This document shows, one piece after another, positions 22,905-36,238 of a stretch of 41,971 nucleotides of DNA. The notes below the pieces were generated by a model. That model made no database searches. It worked only from the letters and a program-made list of their open reading frames with translations, and was not told the origin of the DNA. The first letter of the stretch is position 1, and each line of letters opens with the position of its first letter. The stretch comes from Octopus bimaculoides (Eukaryota), in NCBI RefSeq assembly GCF_001194135.2, contig NC_068990.1, positions 58,214,565 through 58,256,535 on the forward strand, given 5' to 3'. The position numbers and the translations under genes are program-made.

Positions 22905-23220
22905 GGCACTCAGTCGGTTACGACGATAAGTGTTCCAGATGATCCGATCAACGGAATAGCCTGCTCGTGAAAAATGATGTAAAAATGGCTGAGCACCCCA
23001 CAGATACACATACTCTTAATGTAGTTCTCAGGGATATTCAGCATGATACAGAATGGGACATTGATGGCCTTTTCAAATAGAGATACTACTCTTTTTTGCC
23101 AGGTAAGTGGACTGGAGCAACGTGAAATAAAGCGTTCTGCTCAAGGACACAATGGGCCGCCGATGACTGACGTCACGATTGTGAGCCGAATACCCTAACC
23201 ACTAAGTCACGCGCCTTCAC
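22905..23220 (-). mobile_element. SINE type C2
   Basis: 3' half shared with C1 (gatccgatcaacggaatagcctgctcgtgaaa); different body (gtggactggagcaacgtgaaataaag) and tRNA-like head. Confidence 0.82.
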
Positions 23221-23534
23221 TCATACATATTCGCAGGATTGACACTGCCTTATCTTTTGGCTCATTTAGCATCTATATTCTCAGTTGACTTTATACGAGG
23301 ACCTAACATGTAATTGTTATCCATTCTGCCAGGTAACATATTCACTGGTCTAATAGTTTTAAGTTTTGACGTAAATATCGATCATACAGTCGCATGACGC
23401 TTCGATCTCATGACTATCTTCAATCAACCATACCATCTTTCAGCTAACATACAGGTGAGCCATAACCTTTCGCTTAAACGTTGTCTATTGAAAATCGTCA
23501 ATATTTGAGGAAGAGCTTTTGACTGATATCATAC

Positions 23535-23944
23535 TCTCTTTATTCTCTCTTTCACTTGCTTAAGTCATTTGACTGCGGCCATGCTGGAGCACCACCTTTA
23601 GTCGATCAAATCGACCCCAGGACTTATTCTTCGTAAGCCTAATACTTATTCTATCGGTCTCTTTTTGCTGAACCGCTAAGTTACGGGGACGTAAATACAC
23701 CAGCATCGGTTGTCAAGCGATGGTGGGGGGACAAACAAAGACACAGAAACACACATACATATATATATATATACATATATACGACGGGCTTCTTTCAGTT
23801 TCCGTCTACCAAATCCACTCACAAGGCTTTGGTCGGCCCGAAGCTATAGTCGAAGACATTTGCCCAAGGTGCCACGCAGTGGGACTGAACCCGGAACCAT
23901 GTAGTTGGTAAACAAGCTACCTACCACACAGCCACTCCTACGCC
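23535..23944 (-). mobile_element. SINE type B, well-preserved full length
   Basis: Minus strand: ggcgtaggagtggctgtgtggtag...ggttcagtccc...ccttgggcaaatg...(TA/TG)n...aaggtggtgctccagcatggccgcagtcaaatgact. Confidence 0.92.
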
Positions 23945-24188
23945 TATACATTCAACTATGTATGATNNNNNNNNNNNNNNNNNNNNNNNNNNNNNNNNNN
24001 NNNNNNNNNNNNNNNNNNNNNNNNNNNNNNNNNNNNNNNNNNNNNNNNNNNNNNNNNNNNNNNNNNNNNNNNNNNNNNNNNNNNNNNNNNNNNNNNNNNN
24101 NNNNNNNNNNNNNNNNNNNNNNNNNNNNNNNNNNNNNNNNNNNNNNNNNNNNNNNNNNNNNNNNNNNNNNNNNNNNNNNNNNNNNNNN

Positions 24189-24250
<62 letters not shown>
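24189..24250. repeat. (GT)n microsatellite
   Basis: Direct. Confidence 0.97.
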
Positions 24251-24252
<2 letters not shown>

Positions 24253-24525
24253 TTCCGTATGCTTTTAGGTACGCTTGTATATATATATTTGTATATTCTT
24301 CCAATGTGTTTTATATTTCAATGTCTTCCATCTGATGAAATGGTATGTAATCGGTTTGAGTGATTATTGATTTTTGAAATGTGCGTAATGACATATCTAA
24401 AATATCACTAACAGGTTTTTCTGTTCGTTTCGAACATATGTGTGCATGTGTGCATGTGTGTGTATGTATACATGTGTATACATGTGTGTACATTTGTGTT
24501 TTGTTGATGTACATTGTGTGTGAAT

Positions 24526-24556
<31 letters not shown>

Positions 24557-24933
24557 CGGGAAATAGAAAACTTTTGCAATTGTAATAAGCCATCCACTTC
24601 TCTGATACAGTGTATATTGAAAACTCAAGAAAATTTGAAGAAACGCTTTGTGACTCACAGCATAGATGCAGCTGCGCAAGTTGCATCGAGTGTAAAGAGA
24701 ATAATCCTCATATTTTTCAACCATTGTCTAGGCAAGTAGAATGAATTTATGACACTTATGGTCACTCTAAGACCACACCTTACTTTATTTGGCCAATTTT
24801 AACTTTGGCAAAATATCCACCGATGTTCAAGTATTAGTTTTCGGGAACATGAATTTTTCAACATCATCGTCATTATTATCACCAGCGTTGTCGTCTGCAA
24901 CATCACCAGCATCACCATTATATCTTTCTTCCA

Positions 24934-25376
24934 TTCTTTCACAGATTTCAGTCATTAGACTGAGGCCATGCTAGAGCACCACCTCGAAGAATTTTTAGTC
25001 GAATGAATCAACCCCGGAACTTACTTTCAAGCCTGGTACTTATCCTATTGAATTCTTTTGTCGAACCGCTAAGTCACGGGGAGCAAAAACACCAATGCTG
25101 GTTTTTAAGTGGTGTTGGGGAGGACAAACACAGACAGATACACATACACGCACATAGATATATACAAATGCATACATATATACACATATATGCGTGTGTG
25201 TGTGTGTGTGTATACGATGCGCTTCTTTCAGTTTCTATCTATCAAACGGACCACATGGCTTTGGTCTGCCCCGGGTTATAGTAGAAAACATTTGCCCAAG
25301 GTGCCACGCAGTGGGACTGAACTCGGAATCATGTGATTAGAAAGCAAGTTTCGTACCACATAGCCACGCCTGCGCT
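24934..25376 (-). mobile_element. SINE type B, full length
   Basis: Same landmarks as 23535-23944 (gcccaaggtgccacgcagtgggactgaac). Confidence 0.88.
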
Positions 25377-26124
25377 TACATTTCTTCAGATATCACACCT
25401 ATCTCCATCTTGCAAATATCACATCTATCCCCACCAAGATAAAAACTACCTCACATACACAATCATCAACTCATTCTCAGATGGATATAGTATACAGATG
25501 TTGTTTGGTTAATTTGTCTTACCAAAACCTTATTTGAAGAAATTGTTTTCATGGTGACGTCCTCCGTAACAATAGCGTTGCCGCATTTTTAGCTGTCTAC
25601 TATGAAAGGGCAGTAATAATCATGCCACGAACAACCTCTTTACGATAGACTATTAAATCTGGATCTAAAAATATTTAATGAGCTCGGAGTTTTTTTTTAA
25701 CCAAACATGAATTAATAATTACGAAAATGACAAATATTCTAAGAATACAATCAACACCCATTGGTATAAATGTAGAGTGTGTAGGTGCTGTGTGCGCGCG
25801 GTGTGTCTGTTTGCATGTGTGTGTGTGTGAAAGTGAACTTCCCCAATTAAGTCAACCAATCATCTATGCTGACAAGGTAGCGTCTATCGAAAGTTGTGAG
25901 GAATGGTGTATTCGTGGAGGAATCTAAAGTGAAAAAATCTTCACCTGTTATTCACGACTTGTCAGACAGTCAAGTAGGAAGAAATTGGAAAGCATTTGGT
26001 CTTTTCTACGAACATGTCGTGCCATGTGTAGCCAATTTTAACTACGTAAAATGATTCACTGATCTTGAAGAATTCTTTAGTCTTTTGTGCATATGTTTCT
26101 ACTCTTCCTCCCCAACATCATTGT

Positions 26125-26188
26125 CATCGTCGTCGTCATCATCATCATCATCATCATCATCATCACCACCACCACCACCACCACCATC
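26125..26188. repeat. (CGT/CAT/CAC)n trinucleotide repeat
   Basis: Direct. Confidence 0.93.
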
Positions 26189-26283
26189 ACATTAATACAT
26201 TTCTATATCGAATGCGACATCGTTATCTCGATTTAGTTACTCGTAAACTATATTAAATAGCGTTGATATTAACTTGACAATAA

Positions 26284-26513
26284 TGGCGGCAAGCTGCTCA
26301 ATCGTTAGCACGTCAGGTGAAATGCTTAGCGGTATTCCATCTATTTTCATGTACTGAGATCAAATTCCACCGAGATCGACTTTGCCTTTCATTCTTTCGG
26401 TGGAGAGGGGGGTGGCGATAAATTAAGTACCAGTTGAGAACTGAGGTCGGTGTAATCGACTTCACCCCTCCCGCGAAATTCCAGGCCTTGTGCCTGTAGT
26501 AGAAAAGATATTA
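26284..26513 (+). mobile_element. SINE type A2, full length, 15-bp TSD
   Basis: TSD attaacttgacaata at 26268-26282 and 26514-26528; type A head and core, tail ccaggccttgtgcctgtagtagaaaag. Confidence 0.88.
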
Positions 26514-26529
26514 ATTAACTTGACAATAT

Positions 26530-26737
26530 AGGCGATGCCGAACGAAATGCTTAGTGGCATTTCATCCGTCATTACGTTCTGAGTTCAAATTCCGCTGGGG
26601 TCGACTTTGTCTTTGATCATTTCGCGGTCGATAAAATGAGTACTGGGGTCGATGTAATCGACTTACAACCCCACCACTACCACCACCATCACCACTCCAC
26701 TGAAACTGCTGGCTTTGTTCCAAAATTTAAAACTATG
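26530..26737 (+). mobile_element. SINE type A3, 5'-eroded
   Basis: cgaaatgcttagtggcatttc...gagttcaaattcc...tail ctgctggctttgttccaaaatttaaaac. Confidence 0.82.
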
Positions 26738-27338
26738 AACTTGACAAAAATTTCTCTGCTTGTCTCACTCACACTTTCTCTCTCTTTCCCGTTCTCTTTC
26801 TCCTTCGCACGCTTACACACACATACATAGGTACACATATTCTTTTACTTGTTTCAGCACCGCAGTACGAATTTACAATATGTGCATTTAATGTTTTGTG
26901 AAATAATCTTCTGTATTGTATTGTCTCTCTGTTGGAAAAGAGTTCAAAGGGGACTTGTAACGAGATGAAGCAGTGATTTCCTTTTTATTATATCCCCAAA
27001 CACCGCTAGATATATATTTTTCAGACATTGGAAAATATTTAAAAATTGTGTTGTACAACAAAAGCGGTAACAGCAATTAAATTCTGTTGTAAATTTATCC
27101 GTTATTTGAATGTAAGTGTTGTCAGCAGTATATTGTGGAATTAAGTCCATGTCATACATGAAACTACTGGAAGTTTTGCAATGGAATAAGAACTTTCATT
27201 CGATTGAACTGATAAAGCAAATTATACTTTAAAAATATTAATCTCTACAATTTATGCTCTTCTGATATAATAACAGTATTTCAATTATTGATATACCAGT
27301 TTGATATGTGATTATTGCTCAATATCTAATTTCTTCAG

Positions 27339-27616
27339 ATCAAGTACGCATTAGCATATACAGCCAACTATTCCACTCGGATCACCTCGTCAGTGATAAG
27401 GAAGACGCAGCAAATAAATATGCCAGTAGGACACTACACTATTACAGAAATCATTGATTTGGTGTGTGTAACCGGATTCGTGGATTAACTGAACAATACT
27501 CTAGCCTCTAAAACTTCATAATTTTCTACAGTTTCGGTGGCAGCACTGGTTCTGGCTTTACATCTCTTTTAAGGCAGCATCTGACTGACTTCGGTGAAAA
27601 GACAAAGCTCGAATTA
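27339..27616 (+). pseudogene. Alpha-tubulin pseudo-exon (about residues 76-169)
   Basis: Translation DQVRISIYSQLFHSDHLVSDKEDAANKYA / EIIDLV / [48 protein letters not shown] aligns to alpha-tubulin [29 protein letters not shown]...GGGTGSG...KSKLEF. Two compensating frameshifts and TAA at 27509-27511. Confidence 0.92.
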
Positions 27617-27961
27617 TGTACACTATTTACAGTAGTCGGACAGGTATCTTCATCTTGATTGTTGCTTTCACTACATTTCGACCGTTGTACACTCTAGCAT
27701 ACTCTGTTGTTGGATCGTAATTTCGAACCTAATCCTTCATTTGATCCATGGGTACCCTGTTCTTATTCTGCTTCCTGCGTTTCGGGATATTTTTCGCTTC
27801 AGTCGATCTTTGTGAATTTAGTTTTCCTGAGATTGAACTCAGAACCTCCAGGCGACTGCATTGCATTAAGTAGCGCTTTTATCCATTACGCTATACTCGT
27901 CACAGTGAATTGTTAAGGCTTATGAATTTAATATCTATGTAATCTGTAATTAATGCTATAA

Positions 27962-28157
27962 AGGCTGCGAGCTGGTAGAATAATTAGCACGCCGAGCAAA
28001 ATGCCTAGCGGTATTTCGACCATCTTTACGTTCTGAGTTTAAATTCCGCTGAGGTCGACATTGCCGTTTATCCTTTCGGGATCGATAAAATACGTAGTAC
28101 TAGCTGCGCACTGTGATCGATGTAATTGCTGGCCTTTTGCCAAAATTTTAAACCATT
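27962..28157 (+). mobile_element. SINE type A3 with internal deletion
   Basis: aggctgcgagctggtagaa...gagtttaaattccgctgaggtcgac...ttgctggccttttgccaaaattttaaacc. Confidence 0.82.
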
Positions 28158-28159
28158 TT

Positions 28160-29362
28160 TGCTATCGTGGCAATATGTTCTTTTATTCTCCTTATTATTG
28201 TTTCCCACATTGTATTCATTTATTTACTTCGCCTGCTTAGGTTTATGTCCTAGCATATGCGCTGCTTTCATAAGTTTTCTAATTTTCTTGTGGTACTCTC
28301 TATTATTTCGACCTCGTCACACAGAGGTTAGTGGTCTCCACTTTCTCTCCATACGCGATCGCCTGTACCTGACTTTGCAGTATCCTCTCATGTCACGGCT
28401 TCTTATTTTTTTATTGCCCACAAGGGGCTACACACAGAGGGGACAAACAAAGACAGACAAACGGATTAAGTCGCTTATATCGACCTCAGTCGTAACTGGT
28501 ACTTATTTAATCGAACCCGAAAGGATGAAAGGCAAAGTCGGCCTCGGCGGAATTTGAACGCAGAACGTAGCGGCAGACGAAATACCGCTAAGCATTTCGC
28601 CCGGCGTGCTAACGTTTCTGCCAGCTCGCCGCCTTCTTGATGTTCGCTTACCCTTACTTTAAAGAGGCGACACGTTTCTACTTTGTATACCTTACTACAG
28701 CTGCATGGGATGGCGTACACATATTCTCTTCTATGGGGTGGGGTTCCATTCAGAAGAGATGTTTACGAAGTATCGAAGTACTTCTGAATAATAACCTGAT
28801 GTCATATGCACCACATATCTTTTGTATCTTTTCCGAGAGACCCCTAACAGAGTAGACAGACTGTGGAAGGCTTTTCCTTGGTTTCAACCTCTTCCCTCCT
28901 CTTAGCTGAAGTGGATAGTATGCTTGCCAGATAGTTGCTACATAGTAGTGTTTCATAGCCTGATCATTTCTTGGTGATATGTATCAATATCGCTACTTAC
29001 TCTTTGTCCGATGTTGGCTGTCTATATTGTATGGATGGTGGGAATTGAAATTAAAGTATTATCCTATGAAAGTTGGTTTACGGTATATAGATGTCTTGAA
29101 TCCACACTCTGTGCCATTTATTACTACGTCCAGAAATGCCAGCTGGGCGTTCTTTTTCTCTTTCCATTGTGAACTGTATAGATGGTCTTATTGAGTTCAC
29201 ATGATCCAGTAGTACATTGACATCTTCCACTTAGGGCTAGGTGACATCAACGTATCGTTGGTTTTAATGGTGTTGATTCCAGACCCATATCATCGAAGTA
29301 TTCCATATATATGTTGGCCATTAGTCATGATAATGGCGAACCCATAGCCAGGCTTCCTTCCT
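28160..29362 (-). pseudogene. Penelope-like element, RT C-terminus + GIY-YIG endonuclease, decayed and split by a SINE
   Basis: Minus-strand peptides LAMGSPLS*LMANIYMEYF, RYVD, LLDHVNSIRPSIQFTMERE, LAFLDV, IYRKPT...FNSHHP, VRGLSEKIQKIC, YAIPCSCSKVYKVETCRLFKVRVSEHQE; beyond the SINE AVT*EDTAKSG..DRVWRESGDH*PLCDEVEII. Confidence 0.9.
28405..28633 (-). mobile_element. SINE type A1, full length, inserted in the PLE
   Basis: Reverse complement nearly identical to 4777-5007; ttctt duplicated at 28400-28404 and 28634-28638. Confidence 0.93.
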
Positions 29363-30966
29363 GTCTATGTGTGTGTGTATGTGTGTGTGAGAGAGAAAGA
29401 AAGAGAGAGAAAGACAGAAAGAGAGAGATTATAATTATAGAAAATATGTTTAGATAATCTCAAAAATATATGTAATAGCACTGCTAATTCACTAATAAAA
29501 ACGTCTAATATACTTTGTTGTATACTATGGTTTCATAACGAAGTACTGTGTCCCTATAGGGCATTAATAAACAAGACGAATATCTGCCTATTTATGACTG
29601 AAATGTGCTATTAGGTACATCACATACCAGCTGGACTTCAGATAACAACACACGGTGCTAGGCTTTGCGGATTACAAATAAGTTTGGGCACGCAGCATGT
29701 TTTGTGAATCAGGATGGGACCACAGATGCAATTTTCTCTGCAACATGGATGCATTACCACCTTATTCCTCTTCACTTAAAATCTCAGTATCAGAAAGCAT
29801 ATTCAGTCGTAGCAGCGGCAGTAGTAGTAGTAGTTTTAGATGCTGCGGATGTATTTATTTCACAAATCACTCAAAGCGTTTTCTATTAACAATCTTCACA
29901 TTTTCTATAATCAATTATCGCTTGGCTTTTTTTTTCCTTTTTCTTTTTTATTTTGAAAAATCTTCTTAAGTTCATTTTTCTTTCTTCTAAACATCGATTA
30001 GTCAAGATGCCACAGTTGTCAAGTAGTTTCTTAGTGGTCCTTTATCTACCACCATGGCATGTTATATCACACCTCACTAAACTACGTTGTCTGTTCTGCT
30101 CTCTTTTACTATGTGATCTGTTTAGATTAGAAATTCCCAGAAGTGTGTGTTCGCTCTTGTTTTCACTTGCGTTCTTAAGATTGCGATTTTATTCTTTTCC
30201 TTTAATTTTTTTTTTATATTTTGTCCTGTACATTATATGTCAAGCGTCTTGCATAATTCCCACTAAAGAATTTGTACGTTCCTGACATGCGTATAACACT
30301 TGGACTGCCTTTCTTCGTGTTTCCGATATTCCAACACAACTTGAGCAATTGTTTCATCAAAATTAGCTCATAGGTGACACTTCTGGGAAATAACCTGCCC
30401 GACTGTCTTCTTCTTAATGGCTTTATTTGCCGTTGTTCGTTCATGTGCAGCAAAATGCACCTCATATCTCACCCTGATTCGCTCTTTTCCAAACTCTCTC
30501 CCCACCCCTTTTCTTTAATACACTTCTATGCAAACATTTCTTTTGGTTCCTTCCCTTGCTCATATCTCTTTTGTTAGCTATGCCAGTTTAGAAATGTTAT
30601 GTTTTCAATTCCTTTTCTTTTTGCAACATCATCTATCATTATTTTTTCCCGATTTTGTACGTGTCTTCGTAAAATGGTGGAAATTTCGCGGTAATCAGAA
30701 CAAAACAGCCTCCAAGACATGTTCAGCTCTACATTCAGCTATTTTCCTTTTCGCATTCACTTCTGGAATGAAATTGGCAGTCTACAGAGAAATAGTACCT
30801 CGTAGCCAAACTGTCTAAGATACGCCATTTAAAGAGACAACATTCCCTAATGTTCCAACAATTTCTTATTGATTTCGAGTTGTCCTTCCCTCCAACCTAA
30901 GAGTGCAAACACCAACGCAGCTTTAATGATTTGTCTTGTACACTTAGAAATGTCATCATTATCTAT

Positions 30967-31129
30967 ATTTGTTTCATTCGACTGAGGCCATGCTAGATTA
31001 CTGTCTTGAAGAATTTTTACTAGAAAAAAATCGCCCCCCAAACATCTTTTTAAAGCTTGGTACTTATTCTATCAGTTTCTTTTGCCAAGCAACTAAGTTA
31101 CGGGGAGCTAAAAACACGAATATCAATTG

Positions 31130-31165
<36 letters not shown>

Positions 31166-31315
31166 AAACACACGACAGACCTCCACCAGCCTCCCGTCTT
31201 TGGTCGGCTCGAGATTATAGTAGAAGACATTTGCCCAAAGTGTCATGCAGTGAGACCGAACCCGGAACCATATGGTGGGGAAGCAAGCTTTCTACCACGC
31301 AGCCACGCCTGCACT
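30967..31315 (-). mobile_element. SINE type B, full length
   Basis: cgactgaggccatgctag ... (CA)n ... agaagacatttgcccaaagtg...gaacccggaaccat. Confidence 0.85.
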
Positions 31316-31912
31316 TATGTCTCTGTATTTTAATAAAATATGACCCAGTAAAATACGCCTATCGTCTTAGTTCATCGCAGTTATTTGTTTTTTCTTTCTG
31401 CTTCCAGACATAAAACTAAACAGAAACAAATATATTATTGATTCCTGTATCAAATGTTCTTTTCAATTAAGAATTGACTTTTGAGGTTTTAATTTCAATG
31501 ATATTGGATATTATAATCACCAATTTTATGTAGAAAGAAACTTCAGTCTCGTATTTATCATCTTTTTTACTCCGTAAAGTGGTCGTTTAGTGGGGATACA
31601 AACGTGGTTCTATCCCATCAGTGAAACCATTACCGTTTTCTAAACTTAATTCATTACGGTTGTAATACATTGATGAGTTTTCTAATCTGTTCAATTACAG
31701 AGGTATCACTGAAAACTTTATATGTAATATATCCAAACCAACTCATTTTGTGAATCTAATATCTCAAAATGTTGAACTTAGCACTATATGCCAACGCTAG
31801 ACAATTTTACACTGATTTCAGTAAGAAGGTATTCGCACACAATTTATTTCTAAATAAGCTGGTCTGTTTGCACCATTACTTGCTAACACTGCACTTTATA
31901 GTCCAAACATAA

Positions 31913-32130
31913 AGCGGTGTGCTGGAAGAATCGTACGAGTGCTGGGCTAAAAGCCTTACAGTATTTCTAACAAGTCTTCACTGCTTGCGTTCAAATCCTG
32001 CCGAGGTCAACTTTGTCTTTCATCCTTTAGAGAGCACTAATACAAAGTACCAGCCGAGTACAGGGGTCGATGATATCGACCAAGTTCCTCTTCTCAAAAC
32101 TGCTAGACTTTTGCATAAACTAAAAACCAT
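31913..32130 (+). mobile_element. SINE type A3, diverged
   Basis: gcggtgtgctggaagaatcg...gttcaaatcctgccgaggtcaactttgtctttcatcc...aagtaccag. Confidence 0.75.
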
Positions 32131-32580
32131 GAATGCCAAACCATATGATAAACTCAGCAATCTGAAGTTTTCCTGCTATAAACCATTTAACGGATTCTCA
32201 TGGTATTTTAATTCACTTATTTTTGTTTCGTCAGTTGATCAGGAAGAGAAGAACAGTGCTCATGAGTTTTGTTTCTTCAAAGACACCAAGACAACAAAGA
32301 AGAATTCATCGTAACCCTGGAGACCTCGCGCCCATGCTACAGAGGTAACTTCACTGCAGGTACTCAGTTATGAGATGAGTTGAGTTATGTCAAACCAGGC
32401 ACCGCTCCGAGTCTACCACCCAAGAATTCAGTGCAAGGCATCCTGTTTGACACTTCATCAATTGCACCAATCTCCACCACCTCAAAAGTAAAAGAGAATG
32501 TTGATATTGATGGGAGCTGAAGTCAGACGACACAGAGATAAAGAATGATTATCTCAAATATTCTTGTCCTTACAATATAT

Positions 32581-32636
32581 ATGTGTGTGTGTTTGTGCGT
32601 GTGTGCGTGTGTGTGTGCATGCGTGTGTGTGTGTGC

Positions 32637-32700
<64 letters not shown>
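32581..32700. repeat. (GT)n/(GC) microsatellite
   Basis: Direct. Confidence 0.95.
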
Positions 32701-32702
<2 letters not shown>

Positions 32703-34559
32703 TGAATCTCCGTTGTTCGACGATAATTTAAGATGTAAATGGCTGAGTATTCTACAAACACAATAATCTTGAACGAAACTTGATAACTATTTCTAGCATT
32801 TCGTTTGACTCTGTAGAGATTCCCTAGGTTGACTTCTCTCGTACATATTGTTTCGCATTTTCACGGAGGCTTGACCGACAGTAATTAACTGCGAGAACTT
32901 ACATTCGAATAACATAAAACAAAGTTTTATTTAACATTTAGTCAGCACTCAAGTCTTCTAGTCATATTCAACGTTTTTTCCATACAAATGTATTGAGTTC
33001 TTAGTTAGACATGTAGTTCCATATATGAAGAAAAGGAAAAATTAGATTTGGTTACGTTAATGTATTGTTTCCGTTCTTTTTTCCTACAAATTTCAGTTAT
33101 GCAAATGACAGGCTAAGCTACAACAGAGATTGAAATTTGTGACGTAGGTTAGTTCAGTTCGGCTGATCAACCTATCAGTGCTAACTCGGTCAGTTAGAAT
33201 TGACCGGGTGGACTCATTAGTCAAAAGCGTTATAGCTGTGAAAATCCAATTTGAGTTATGAAAGTGACGAGGATAGTTAAAATGAAGAATCGAAACTGTG
33301 ATGTGAATTTCACCGAACATTGACCTTAGTTGCATAGGCATGCGGTCGAAGGAGATATAAACCAAGATAATCACATTTGAGTCATGCATGTAGTATAAAA
33401 GCTACAAAGGAGAATCACAACCATGACTTGAACATTTGTCAATCTTGACTATGTAGATGCGCAACTCTGGTCTATACTGTTTAATTTCTCATTTCAGTGA
33501 CCATCTCCCTGAAACTCCCACCAGCCTATTCTTGCTCATTCCGCTACCATTTAAAAGTCATTCTTCATTTTCTAGAGGTGAATTAGTTTTCTATTTGTTC
33601 AATTATCCTGTGAAAGTAATAATAATTTTGTTATTAAAATTTCATATTATGTGAATATAATATAATTCTTTACATGTCCACATGACTCAATTCTATGTTA
33701 TTAGCAGTTAGAATCATGCTATTCTTCGATATGTTCATCTGATTTCAGCCAAGATAAGCACTTCTGTTGCCATCTTTAGTCCTCCATGATAATTTCAATA
33801 ATTTCCAGGTAGTCTAGTCACAATGGTTTATAAAATATGCCATAGGCCTTGATGTATTCCATGCCAAATTTAACGACGGCTTTACACTTCATGTTCTGCT
33901 CAATCCTCAATAGTTGTAGCTACTTTGGCATTTGGTAGGCTCTCTCATCGTCGCAGTTATACAATGGGAACTAAGCTGGATGTCTACAATGCAAGACATG
34001 GCTTTCGTGCCATCCACAAGATTTCTTTGAGTTCTAAGAAAAGGACAGCAATATCCTCACTCATTGAAAAATGACTGGAATCGAAAGTTTTCAAATCAAA
34101 CTTGCATCTTGATGATTCTAAAAAGAAGTGTATGCATCGGATGGTCTAGAACATACGATCTGATCCTACACTGCGAAATACCGAGTATCTTGAACATTGG
34201 TGGCACTTACCAGTATGGGTCATTTAAACAGGTGATCCTGAAGACACATATAATTCGCAAGACTTACATTGTTTAAATAGGATATTTAAACGACCAACAT
34301 AAAAGGGAGATGATACATCGTTGTTAGAGCATGTGCATTGTGTAGTGGTTTTCTGGCTCGGATCAACCGTTGCATGAGTCATCATCATCATTAATGTAAT
34401 CGGTGACAATACGTTGATGGATGCCACATTATCTCGGAAGTTTAGAGAACAAACTTGCAGAAGAGCTGGAGCTGTCATGTTTTAAGCGATTTTACTTTTG
34501 CTGCAATTAGCATCTGCAATGTTATGTCACAATCACATTCTCTTTTCATTCTCCCAAAA

Positions 34560-35080
34560 TACTTCAAAACAACTACACCAACCCTAGATAAACCCCCAGA
34601 AACCTGAATAAACTATCAACAGCCTTAAATGTAGTCCCCACAAAAAATCTCACACTCTCACCCTCCTTACCAGCAACACCAGAGAACATCAAACACGACC
34701 AGCTGTTACACTTAATGACATACATATTGCTTCCACATGAAGTTTATCACATAGAATACCTAAAAAAGAAGATGTGGTAGAGTCAAATAGCACACGAAGA
34801 GAGCCACCACAATGACCATTAGAAAGAAACAACAATGATGTACAAACAATACGTTAGATCCACCAACTATTATGCAAGTCCTACATGGGCTTCTTGACTT
34901 GCCCCAGTAAACCACAAAAAGCTACAAAGAACACAAAATGGTAGAGTATGGATTGTCAGAAGCTTTAGCTAGATCTCCCACAGAGATCGCTTCAACAACA
35001 AAACAAAAAAACTAATAATAGCAAAAGATCAGGACATTTGAGAATTAGAGTCTGCTGTCATGGTAATTTTCTATAGCCAC
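34560..35080 (+). pseudogene. Decayed LINE ORF2 fragment (RT C-terminal/thumb region; I/Jockey-group-like)
   Basis: Manual translation KSHTLTLLTSNTREHQTRPAVTLND (from 34645) and KETTMMYKQYVRSTNYYASPTWAS*...KKLQRTQN (from 34823) match the YASPxW...KLQxxQN pattern of these LINEs. Confidence 0.62.
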
Positions 35081-36238
35081 AGTTTCTGTCACTTCACAAA
35101 AATATTAAACTTATTGAAACAATTAACACCTCACTGCGATAAAACGTTCTAACCAAATTCTAAGAACGCTGTCTTTCTACTCTGACGATCATAAATACAT
35201 ATACACAGAAACGCTTACAACATTAATAATCTTATTAATCTTAAACACTGTTCCAGGATGTACAACACCAACAAAAAGTAGCAACAGTCGCGCTCTAATG
35301 GATTCTATCGTACTTCCTTCGCCTTGGCTACCACCAGAAACTATGGCTGTATAAAAATAGACTAGTCAGTGGAGAGAGCGTAATATATCCATACTGTCAC
35401 GCTGTAGTATATACGTTAGATTACTGTATTAGGGTGTGAACAAACTGGTACTCAATTAGACGGGCATCTGGTGTAGTTGAGAATATGTACAACATCCTTC
35501 AGCTGACTACCCAGGTACCATGGAACAGTTCAAATGAGGTATAATCTGGGTCTACACAACATCATCATCAACAGTAGTAATAAAATATAAATATATATCA
35601 TTAGGATATAGTCAAAGGCAATTTTAAATATAGCGATGCTGTTGATCATGTTATGGGCTAGGACTAATGGAGAGAGCAGATAAGCTAGATTTCAATGCAC
35701 ATCTCTTATTAATTTAGGTTAAACCTAATAGAAACAGAAGGGCATCTCGATAAAGAAACTGTTTTTCTATGTTGTTGTATAACCCTATCCAATCATCACT
35801 GTGAAAACCTATAATCAGAACCTTTCCAATCCTGACTATCCTCTCATGTTACTAATACCTAGGGCTACGTTAGTGAATGTGTTCTACTTTGTTTATGACG
35901 GCAATGCTTGAATTGAGAACACTTCGTTGCTATTGTGAGGAATTCGTTGCTGTATATGTATATTGTGTGTACATATGTGTAGGTGTGCGTATATAGTAGG
36001 ACATTCTCTATGATCGTGCCGGTGTTTAGACGGTTGTTATCAGTTGGATTGAAAAATGGAACATATCCTACAAATAATTATATATATATATATATANNNN
36101 NNNNNNNNNNNNNNNNNNNNNNNNNNNNNNNNNNNNNNNNNNNNNNNNNNNNNNNNNNNNNNNNNNNNNNNNNNNNNNNNNNNNNNNNNNNNNNNNNNNN
36201 NNNNNNNNNNNNNNNNNNNNNNNNNNNNNNNNNNNATA

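Noticed and set aside
26065-26256. Poly-His ORF; likewise poly-Ser/Ala ORF at 39119-39301
   Set aside because: Trinucleotide repeats with no coding context or splice support.
27000-27070. Upstream tubulin exon (FSDIGKYLKIVL vs FSETGAGKHVPRAVF)
   Set aside because: Similarity too weak to separate from chance.
33385-33430. TATAAAAG followed by ATG
   Set aside because: The ATG is followed by a stop within two codons, and TATA-like words are expected by chance in AT-rich DNA.
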